64,000 nucleotides of DNA, taken from the NCBI RefSeq assembly GCF_036971445.1, contig NC_091473.1, positions 206,150,001 to 206,214,000 of the forward strand, given 5' to 3'. Shown here piece by piece: positions 53,529 through 64,000 of this stretch (within the stretch, counting starts at the first letter, position 1; each line of letters opens with the position of its first letter). Both the position numbers and the translations under genes were made by a program. The notes under the pieces are model-generated. The model was not told the DNA's origin, searched no databases, and saw nothing but the letters and a program-made list of their open reading frames with translations. Source of the stretch: Narcine bancroftii. Its lineage: Eukaryota.

Positions 53529-55367
53529 AACAGATAATCTCGCCACCTATCAACGTGTGAAAACGAAGCTTTGAAAAATTATTTGCTGCTCCGTCCATGG
53601 GCCACAACCCAAATGGGTGACTTGCGTTGATTATCCATTTTTGTGCTACTGATAAAAATTAGCTTAATCAAATAACAGATACAATTTACTGTCATGTAAT
53701 AAAACAGCAATTGAATGTTAGACTGCCATAAGGTGGAGAAAAGTTTTCCACTAGCATTAGCATTGCCCGGAGCCCGTGTGAGTGAGAAAAAGTCCCTCCA
53801 GAACCTACGAGTGTCCATGCAAACCTGTTGCCTCTGAAACCGCACAATATTCCAGTTCAGCATAAATGATCAGCAAAAGGCGCCCAAATTTAAACATCGA
53901 GCCCAATGAGGAAGCCCAAAGCCCCAAGTATCCTTCGAGAGTCCTCATTGCCTTTAGTATCACCTTAAATTCTTATTACAAATATCGCTTCCATTGTGGC
54001 AGCCTCCAGCAACCTGCAGCTGGTGTGAGTCTTTTGGCCTGGAGTCGGTAGCAGCCCGCAGCCTGCTTGCTTTCCACGCCCGTCAATCGCTAAGTGACCG
54101 CCAATTGCTTGTGTTGTAGAGGACATCGCTGGCCCGTCACGGTGGTCATCGTCCTTCTGTCGTATTCTCTGATTCTCCGCCTCAATGGGTAAGTTCTTCC
54201 CCTTACTGGTGTCCTGCACCAGCCCACTCCTCTCGCAGAGTCTGAAACCCCACATAGCCGTCAGCGGACACATTGGTTCATAGAGGGTGAGAGATTGCGA
54301 GGGAGAGACAGAGGCATGGGGACAGATGGACAGACAGAGGTGGAAAAAACAGGCAGCCCACATAAAGAAAAACTTTTAGAGATTTGTGGAGCGTGGAAAC
54401 AATCCATACCTTCCACCTTGACCACGCCGATCAAACTGTCCCACCCACACAAGTCTCACCTTGCAATCGTATGTATCTCAATCACCTCATTCTGCAGCCT
54501 GTTCTGCATATCCACCACCTCCACGCTTTCGTCCACCTCAATTACCTGTTAAATATATTTTCCCACACCTCAAGCCTATGGTTACAGATTCACACACTCT
54601 AAGCAAAAGACTGTGATCACTCGATAAATCCCTCTTCTGTTATAGATATACTACGAGATCACTGTAACCGTCGCACGGTCCAATGAATGTACAGAGCCTT
54701 CTCAAAATTTCCATTCAGCCCAGGTTTCCGAATTGTAGCAACATCCAGACGAATACTCTCTTCAACCTTTCTAGTTTAACAACTTCATTTCTATTGCATG
54801 GTGACCATGTTAGAACAACAATAATCCAAAGGGGGCCACATCAACGACTCAAACTGAAACATTACTTACAAACCTTGTACTCCACACTGTGATTGTTGCT
54901 AGTAAATCTGAGTTGAGCCCTGCGACGATCATATCTACCAGTTTATAGATATCAGTACCCGAACATTTCTGTTCTTCAATGATTTTCAAATTCATTCCAT
55001 TCACTCCATGGGTCATGACCACACTAGAACTCCCAATGCAGCACCTCACATTTCTGAATTAAATTACAATAGCCATTCAACTGCCTAACGGTTCAAGGTT
55101 CTGCTGCAATCGTTGGGAAACGTCTTCACAAACTAAACTACCGCACACGTCTGTGTCATTTGGAAATTGCAAAATCCTGCTAACTACATTTTTATTCAAA
55201 ATGTATGAATTACGTCACTTGTGAGAGATCAGCCAATCACATGCTGGAGGAACACCATTCGCAGAAATACAAAATTGACTCATTTATGAATTATCCCAGA
55301 CATATGTGTTTAGTGTCCGGAACATAACACAAATACTTAAATCTACTTCGTTTCGTCCGGAGGTAAA

Positions 55368-55852
55368 CACTGTTCTGACCCTGTTGTCCTACTGATAATT
55401 ACCAGGCTCCCCGGTGCGTTTATCTTTAAATGGCTCCTGTGGAACCGTGGTTTGTTTTCACTTTCAGCTATTGAAAATTCCATGCTTTGTTGCAGGGGCG
55501 TGGGACGATGGTTCAGTGTTCCAGAATCTCTGAGTTGACGCTGTAAGAAGAATAAGCAGTAACAATGATTTACAGTTACCATTCAGTATCTAGTGACCTC
55601 ACCTCTATTTGTTACTTCTGATGATCTTAAGAATCTCTGAGGCTGCTACGGATAAAATAACTAGATGATCCAAATAAAGATCAATACCTAGTATTCTAAT
55701 CTATTCTATAGTCAGAGTTTCTACTGTTCGTCATTGAAATAATCATCTTACACTTTTAACTTTCTCTGTGATCATTGCATCTGATGCAGAAGAGTTTCCT
55801 ATGCCATGCCAGGCATACCAGGGCAGAAAGGCAGTGAATCGCAACAAATTCC
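55368..55852 (+). pseudogene. TCR V pseudogene, family B, with 23-RSS
   Basis: Leader-like ..VVLLIITRLP-G, GT donor at 55414, TTGTTGCAG acceptor ending 55495, multiple stops; CATACCA (55814) + 23 nt + ACAAATTCC (55844-55852). Confidence 0.75.
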
Positions 55853-56274
55853 AACACTGGTTGTTCCAACCATCTCTCAGAAAAGGGGGCACTTACTCCG
55901 CTGAACGGAAGTGATCAGATGCCGATCAGTTTCCTAGTGAGTAGCAAATACCTTCCAAACATTCTTCATTTCCAGGTGCCGAGCAGAAATTTGTTCATTG
56001 TTTCAAACAAGCAAGACGTCCATGCGAGTGACTATGACTTTGCTTCCATACCGAGTTCAAAATGATCAAAACATTTCCTGGATATACAGAAACTTGCATC
56101 TTTCTGCGCCTCCAATTGCTTTTACATTCAGGAGTAGAGACACCTTGATTCTTCTAATCCCAACGTCCTGCTAATAACAATGTAAAATTTATTTGGGGCA
56201 AATCATAATTTGTGCTTGTTACAAATTGCTGTTGAAATGTGATGCAGAGATTGCAACACAATGACATACAAGTT

Positions 56275-56352
56275 ACACACACACACAAATATTGGCGCAC
56301 AGTCACATCGAGAGAGAACAATAGATGAATGGATCGATAGATTGATAGATTG

Positions 56353-56430
<78 letters not shown>
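56275..56430. repeat. (CA)n/(GATA)n/(GA)n microsatellite
   Basis: Direct reading. Confidence 0.95.
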
Positions 56431-56431
<1 letters not shown>

Positions 56432-56914
56432 GATGTACATTAGACAAAGAGAGAATACCTGTTGTAGAATTACTGATGGATTGTGAGAGAGAGGAGCGGA
56501 TGTACATTAGACAAAGAGAGAGAATACCTGTTGCACAATTACTTATAGATTTTGATAACATCGAGCGAAAGTTGGAACATGAAGATTCGTTAGAGAAATC
56601 ATGGGATAACGGGAGAAGCATACAGACTCAATTGGAAACAGATATCTAGGACAAACAGTGGGTGAGAGCTTACGCTGGAGAGACAGAGATATTAAGATAG
56701 ATGGACAACAGTTGCGAAAAAATATTAAACGCACATAAATGAAGAAGACATAAAGAACCATAGAACGTGCCCACGCAGAAAAAAATGCCCCATTCACACT
56801 GATCCAACCTGCCTACATTTCGCCGATATCTTTCTAATCCTGACAACATTCCGTCTATTTGTATTCAATATTGCAATAGCATGTACCTCAACCAAACCTC
56901 AGACTTAAGTTCAG

Positions 56915-58470
56915 ATGATGACATTTTTTCTGGAAGGCCGGTTGGATTGTATTAGAGAATATACTGAAATTATAAAGCCACTAAGGAAAATACTGAAGGA
57001 AGCAGGAAAGACAGGCTTGATAAATATTTTGCAGTGGAATGAGGAGGCTGAAACAGCTTTAACACCGTTAAGGAGGAATTACAGTTATCTCCAGCCCTAG
57101 CCTTTTCTAATTACGAGAAGATTCTTTCATCTATATATGTCCAACAGACAGGAAGGCTGTGCTGCCGCAGAACTAATGTAGGAAACATGTATATGGAAAG
57201 CAAAACACAAATAGCATACTTCGGTAGAAAATTGGATGAGATAGCTCAGGGATACCCGCCCTGCTACTAGGCAATGGCTGCATTACACTATGTGTATGAA
57301 AAAGCATCTGAGGCCATGGACATCCCGTGATCCTGTACACAAACCATAAGAAAACAGTGCACTTGCATAAGGGAAAGTGTTTGCTGACACCAGCCAGGAG
57401 AGCAGAATTTCAAATTATTGACATTTACAGATATAACTATGCAGCAGGAGTAACGTTGCTGATAATTTCCCGTTTGGTTAAGAGGGAGAACGCCATGATT
57501 GTGAAGGAGAACAGTATTTGCTAAATTAAGAGAGGATTTACAGTCACAACGCTGGATGATGAAGACAGAATGATCTTGTTTGTAGTCAGCTGTTGTTACA
57601 GGTATCGCAATGGAAATCAATTACGGATTTGTAGTGGGACAACAGGAACAGTCGGACCTTAATGTAATAAAAGTAGGAGATTTCCTGTAAGCTTGCTCAG
57701 CCAAATTGGAAGAAATTAAAGCTCTGAGAGCAGCATGCGAAATGATGGAAGGTGGAAATATTGGTAGCGGCCGTGTCGAGGGTTTTGCGGTCGCATATGT
57801 TGGCAACTTGAACTGCAGAACCATAATACGGAAACTGCATACTCCCCAAATGGACCGCACGTGAGAGATTCCGAATGCCATTAAGCGGCACATTGAGCTA
57901 TTTAGTTTCCCGCCGGAAGGCGCGTGAAGCTTAACAAGGCTAAAATTAAACCTGCCAATCTTGTGGATCAGCCGCAATCTCATAGTAAGTTCTCGACTTG
58001 TCCCGTGGAGCCCGGGACATGCAGTATACAAAAGAAGCCTGTAAACCCTGAATAAACCAGTCTTCAGTTGACTAGCCTGGCGTGATTTTTTTTGTATTTA
58101 TTTTCAGTATCTCTACGGTAGTAGCCACTGCAGTTTGATATTTACACAGATTCAGCACATGCCTATGGGGTATGTTCGTTGTTTGGGACAGTGCGGAAAG
58201 AGAGCAGTTTCAAGAAAGTAAACAGAGAACACATACAGCAGTATGAAAAAATCAGATTTGATTAAAGCATTAACGAAGTCTAGAGCACTAGCCGTCGTTA
58301 AATGCCAACCACATAAGAAAGGAAATGACATGATAACAAAGGGATATCAGGCTGAGTCGAAGCAGAAAGGAAAGGTTCTCCATGTGAGTTAGCTGTTATT
58401 GCATCTCAGGTAAGCCTGGATCTTGAACGCACAAAGGTGGACACAAACGTAATGCAAGGTAAAACATTAA
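56915..58470 (+). mobile_element. ERV pol remnant (RT connection and RNase H) with an unrelated internal insert
   Basis: IIKPLRKILK..LQWNEEAETA, IAYF..KLD.IAQGYPPC, CSA.LEEIKALRAAC, LAVVKCQ.HKKGND.ITKG. Confidence 0.72.
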
Positions 58471-59294
58471 GTTAATAGGTAATACTAAACAATAATGTTG
58501 GCTGATGGAGAATCAATGTGTACCGAACATAAGGGATATCATGGAATGAACAAGCAAGGTCATAATTTAACATAAAATAAAGGAAGCATGTTGTATTCAG
58601 TGAGTAATCAGTAACTTGTTGTCTGATTGCTTCAGCTTTTCTTTGTAAATAGAGGTTTAAACTTCTTGAAGAATTCCCCATGTTGCCTGACTCATTTTTG
58701 GACCTTAGAAAACTACGACACTTACGATTTTATTTTCATGGTTGATTGATACAATGAATATAAAATAATTTATTGGATTTAAAATCAGTCTCCTTGGCTG
58801 GGATTAAGAGTGACTGGGAACGAGATTTGAACATAACATTTTCAAATGAAGATTGGTAATGTACTCTCAGCTTGATAAATTTTCCCTTTTTTTCGCAACG
58901 AATTTCGTTTACTGTCACGGATTCATACATATTCGCAGTTAGGAGAAAATACGAGAAAAAGATGACAAGTGAGGAGGGAGAGTGAGAAAGTGAATGAGCG
59001 AGAGAGAGTGATAGAGTTTGTGAGAGATAAATAGAAGAGAGGCAGTCATCGTTTCTGATACTGGTCAGCGTTTACAGCCCTTATATTTGTTTATTGTCGT
59101 CAAATTGACAATATGTAGGTATATGTGTCTGTGTGCATGGGCATATTGTGTGCATTTGAGTGGGGACGTGTGTGCGTATATGTTTTGGTTTACGACAGTG
59201 AAAGCAAGAGGGAGAGAAAGAGACAGAGAGAGAGAAAGTGGGAAAGCAAGAGGGAAATGAAGTGTGTGTGCCCGCGGATGTGTGTGCGTAAGTA

Positions 59295-59874
59295 NNNNNN
59301 NNNNNNNNNNNNNNNNNNNNNNNNNNNNNNNNNNNNNNNNNNNNNNNNNNNNNNNNNNNNNNNNNNNNNNNNNNNNNNNNNNNNNNNNNNNNNNNNNNNN
59401 NNNNNNNNNNNNNNNNNNNNNNNNNNNNNNNNNNNNNNNNNNNNNNNNNNNNNNNNNNNNNNNNNNNNNNNNNNNNNNNNNNNNNNNNNNNNNNNNNNNN
59501 NNNNNNNNNNNNNNNNNNNNNNNNNNNNNNNNNNNNNNNNNNNNNNNNNNNNNNNNNNNNNNNNNNNNNNNNNNNNNNNNNNNNNNNNNNNNNNNNNNNN
59601 NNNNNNNNNNNNNNNNNNNNNNNNNNNNNNAGGGAAAGAGGGAGAGANNNNNNNNNNNNNNNNNNNNNNNNNNNNNNNNNNNNNNNNNNNNNNNNNNNNN
59701 NNNNNNNNNNNNNNNNNNNNNNNNNNNNNNNNNNNNNNNNNNNNNNNNNNNNNNNNNNNNNNNNNNNNNNNNNNNNNNNNNNNNNNNNNNNNNNNNNNNN
59801 NNNNNNNNNNNNNNNNNNNNNNNNNNNNNNNNNNNNNNNNNNNNNNNNNNNNNNNNNNNNNNNNNNNNNNNNNN
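59295..59874. other. Assembly gaps (59295-59630 and 59648-59874; others at 695-822, 38962-39089, 51141-51323)
   Basis: Runs of N, mostly next to GA/GT microsatellites. Confidence 0.99.
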
Positions 59875-60557
59875 CGAGTTTAGGAACGCATTCATTGTCG
59901 TTTGTAATCTTTCATCAATAGCAGACCAGCCATTCCTGTGCTTGGGTGCTTCTTTCAGATCATAATTAAACGAACCCCCCCCCCTTTTCCGACCTTACGC
60001 TGTGTAATTAGCTGCTAAATTGGATAGAAATATTCGTTTAAGGCATTTCAATGTGAGGTAGAAAAGCGACCAGGTAATTACACAATATTTTCTCTCACTA
60101 ACACCAACAGAATTATATCATTACTGAGCAAGCTTTCAAGGTCATTTTCTTTAATTCTGTGATGTATCTATGTGAGATTAAGCCTATGATGCCGCGGAGA
60201 TATTGCATGATTTTGAAAGAAGTCGCATTGAGAAATCATGCAAACACACGCAAGAAAACGTTCTCATATATGCAGAGAGACAAACATCGGAACATAGCAG
60301 GATCGTCCTGTTCGGTCCACTCACCCTGGAGAGTAAGTTTTATACATCTCAATTTTACCACGTAACGAAGTCAGGCATTACCCGTAGAACCTACCGGAAC
60401 ATACCCGCTCATTTGTTTTAGTATACGTGTGATGACATCTTGGCAATGGGGCTTATTCTTGTTCCAGAAATCTCCAGATTCCAGCCACCTTCACCATGCG
60501 GAAAACGGCTTCTCCCAGTTTATGGCCACTCAAAATGTGGTTTCTTATATTCGTTAT

Positions 60558-60864
60558 TGTCTTTGTATGAAAGAGCCCGTTGGCCATGTCGCCTTGGTCT
60601 TGAGAACGCAAAAATAAAGTGCATCTACAATGAAATTACTCATGGTCTTCGGTTCAAAATATTCAGCGAAGGAGGATATCAAGGATTCATTCGTTCAGCC
60701 CTTGACGTATCTCCTTTTGAGGAGACGAATAATGGGAACACTGGAGCTCTTCCTTGACCCTGAGAGCACAAATGGGAAGTGCAGTCTATCTGAAAATGAA
60801 CGCCATCTTTTCTCCTCGTAATTCGTTCACTTCAACAGGGTCATTGTGTTCGCACTATCAACAC
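60558..60864 (-). pseudogene. Inverted V pseudogene of a distinct family (F) with 23-RSS
   Basis: Minus strand: polypyrimidine acceptor TTTTAATCTCTGCAG then GT GTT GAT AGT..; QGQGRAPVFPLFVSSKGDTSRAERMNP; DALYFCVLK; CAAGGCG + exactly 23 nt + ACAAAGACA (7/9 nonamer, 60558-60566). Confidence 0.68.
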
Positions 60865-62269
60865 CTGCAGAGATTAAAAGAACAAATATGTTCTAAATAT
60901 ATTGAAAATGCGTTGCAATATATTGCATGAGAAAGAAAGCAACATTTTTATTGTCTTCAGAATGTGGCATCGGAAGATAGCCGATTTATGAATTTACTGG
61001 TGGATGGCACTGTTCCTTTGAGCAAAGAGGGAAGAGTCGGGTATATTTGTAAAGACAATTGATTGCTTCTAATTAAATAGCTGACTTCAAGAATATTGTT
61101 CAAATGCAGCTTCGTGCCATATCCGGAATATCAGATGATTGGATTATTCTAGCGAGAGGCCAAGGAGGACACTGCCACAGTCTAATTTGTTACCTTGAGA
61201 ATCCTCTATTATTCGACATCAAATACAGCACCAGGTGGAATAATCTCTAAGCCTCTTTAAGGAACTGGGTGAGATTTAATCTCACTGTAGAGAAAGAAAG
61301 GGAATGGAAATTATATACGTATTTCTGCTTCTATTACCCATTTCTATCAATTCATACGATGTTCACGAATGTTTCTGAATTTATGGGGTCATTTTAAAGT
61401 CGCTTCATCAGCCTTGGAAGCGAAATAAAAAGCAGTCATGCAGCAAATGAAAAGTCATTTTGTTCAATACGAGGTTCTAATGGAAATAAACATAATAGAA
61501 ACGGATATTCAGGATCATGTTAAATACCAAAGATTGACTTTTGTGCCTTGCATACATACCGTGAACGATATATATTTTAGGAAATTAATGGCCTTCAACA
61601 TGAATCATATTTAACCGCATTTGAATGGTGACCTTTAATAGTATGAGTTAACAATGAGGAGCTAGATGGACTTCATACGTCAGCCGGCAGAGAAATGGAG
61701 ACATATGATCAGTCAAGAATTCGGGCATGTAAGCAGATTCGTTAATTTATCCTCCAAAGATCTTGAAACAATCCCGGTGCTGTTAAGTGAACATTTGTTG
61801 TGATGTGTGCAACTTAGGGAATATCAATGAGATATCATAATTCTTATTTGACAACAGTTGAAACTTATGTTCCGGATTGGAGGAGAATGTAGGTTTACAT
61901 TCCAGTCTCCTCCACAATCTCCATCAGTACCGGAGTCCGACAGGACTGTGTTGTTATGTACCTTTACACTATCATTGTATGGCTCGGTGCGACAATAGCA
62001 CCATCTACAAATTTGCCGATGATACCAAAGTAGTGGCTTGGATAAAAGAAGGGGATGAGTCAGCATACAGGATGAAATTAAAAACGTGGCTGAATGGTGC
62101 ACCAACAATAACTTCTTAACATAACACTCCACAGTGACAAAACTCAATCAGGGAAACATTTAGGGATTCGTACTTGTGCACCTTATTGATTTTTTTTTTC
62201 AATCTCTGAATGGCACAGCCAGTTTGTTTACATTAATTATCGGTTTAAATTTTAATTTTTATTACATTT

Positions 62270-62500
62270 AAGTTTGAGCATACAGCAATGCAACAGGCCA
62301 TTTTGGGTCAAGAGTCAATGCGGAAATATTTACATCCCATATGTTTTGAACGCTGGGAGGAAACTATAGCACCTAGAGAAAACACGTGTAGAAATGTGGA
62401 GAACCTACAAACTCTTTACAGATAGCGTGGGATTCGAACAGCAGTCCGGTCCCGATTGCTGGTACTGTAAAGACGTTGAGCTAACCACTAGACTAACCAT
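62270..62500 (-). mobile_element. tRNA-derived SINE (V-SINE-like)
   Basis: GGGAGGAAAC..GCACC..GAGAAAACACG..GGAGAAC.TACAAACTC core with GGATTCGAAC (B-box, reverse complement). Confidence 0.6.
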
Positions 62501-62734
62501 ACATATTTACAGTGTACAGTTTGGTTTGTACTATATATTAATGGTAATTCTGGCGTGCCCATAGGAAAAAAAAACGAATCTCAGGATTGTATGTGATGTC
62601 ATGTATGTACTCTGGCAATATATCTGAAATCTAAAATACGAATTATTTGTGACGAATGTAAAATACAATTGCATATTTTAGTTGAATTAGAAGAATGCCT
62701 TTCTTGTCGACATACAATCTGCTACATCATGTCG

Positions 62735-63021
62735 CATGAAGGTGGTATGTGAGTGGAAAAGGAAGATTGAGAATCACTGGACTGACGGAATTGATACTGA
62801 AATATTTTGCTTTGGGTAAAATTGACATTTCCCAATTTCCTTTGGAGTTATGAAACTGTGCATATAACGACTCAATAAAGAACGATTAAAGCAGTAGTTT
62901 GCCACTTTTGATTTCGACCCACATACCACCTTCAACAATCCCTTACTAATCACAGAACACTTATGGCATAAGGAATACGTAAGTGGTATGTGAGTGGAAA
63001 TAAAAAGGTTGAGAACCACTG
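62735..63021. mobile_element. Second, partial copy of the dimeric hAT-type MITE
   Basis: Reverse-complement similarity to 41600-41900; ends GAGAACCACTG. Confidence 0.6.
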
Positions 63022-64000
63022 AAGTAGCTGAAGAATTTATGGAGACATTAGGAATGCTCCTCCAGGAATAGATGTAGTTCGGCATGGTCCCAGTGGACTG
63101 GAAGATCACGAATGCCACTCCACTATTTAACAAGTGTGAGCGGCAGCAGAAAGGAAAATGATAAACCTGTGAGCCTGACTGGTGATTGGGATTTTGTTGG
63201 AGTTGATTGTCAAGGATGGGATTGAGGAGGACCTGGATATGCATAAAAAATTGTGAGAAGTCAACATTGTTTCCTTAAATGAATATAATTACTGATAAAT
63301 ATATTGTAAATGTTGAAGCTATCACAAGAAGGATTGACTGGGGGATTGCTGAGGATGTTGTGTATTTGGAGTTTTAAAAGGTCTACGGCAAGGTGTCACA
63401 TATAAGGATGATAAAGACGATGAGATCCTATAGAAATACAGAAAGGATATTAGCATGGGTAGAGAATTGGCTGGTTGGCAGGAAGCCGAAGGTAGGCATA
63501 AGTTCTGGATGGCCACCGGTTACCAGCAGTGTTCTGCAGGGGTCAGTATTGGTGACTCTTCTTTTCCATTTGCATGTAAAGGATTTTGATGATGGAATAT
63601 ATTGCTTTATGTTTAAAGTTTCAGATATCATAGGCTTCATCTCACATAGGTGACAGTGGACGTGATGCGAGGATTCTGAAAGGCTCCAGATAGACAGACT
63701 TACAAGGAGAATGAGCACATATATGGCAAATCAAACACAATATTCGTAAAGCAGGGTCATGCAATTTGGTTGACGAAATGGGTGAGCATACTATTATTTA
63801 GATGGGAAGAAAATTCTCAATCTTGAGGTATAACCTAGCTGGACACCTCGTGCAGTATATCCCATATTTGAACTGCAGGTTGAATGAATGGTGATAAAGG
63901 CAAAAGCAATTATCACATTAATTTCCAGATGAACATCATGTAAGAGCAGAGATGCAGGTAGATAAACGCAGGATTAAAGTGATCAGTACTGTCACTTGAC
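63022..64000 (+). mobile_element. Old CR1 LINE fragment
   Basis: GMVPVDWKI, ILAWVENWL..GWPPVTSSVLQGSVL. Confidence 0.75.

Noticed and set aside
38792-59965. ORFs made of X runs or SL/CV/RE dipeptides
   Set aside because: Artefacts of N gaps and CA/GA microsatellites.
59958-60250. Plus-strand V-like remnant (TLRCVIS, KRPG, DAA..YC, CGCATTG)
   Set aside because: Motifs lie in different frames with poor spacing and there is no 23-nt-spaced nonamer; too degraded to call.

Overview
Eukaryotic, non-mammalian vertebrate genomic DNA, most likely a cartilaginous fish (inferred from the CR1/L1/RTE/Rex1/V-SINE repeat spectrum and the shark-type V motifs). The window is part of a T-cell receptor alpha/delta variable (V) gene cluster buried in retroelements. 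One V segment looks intact: leader exon 39311-39356, 85-nt GT-AG intron, V exon 39442-39748 with both canonical cysteines and the WY motif, and a 23-spacer RSS at 39749-39787. By eye I found about 14 further decayed V segments of several families that the ORF track misses. They sit in tandemly duplicated cassettes, one is inverted, and three are split by whole retroelements: a full-length L1, a Gypsy LTR element with a GCGAC target-site duplication, and a CR1. The rest is nested LINE (L1, CR1, RTE, Rex1-like), ERV (pol/env/LTR), Gypsy, hAT-type MITE, SINE and microsatellite sequence, with five assembly gaps. No D, J or C segments were recognised. All alignments were done by eye, so boundaries of decayed elements are approximate.
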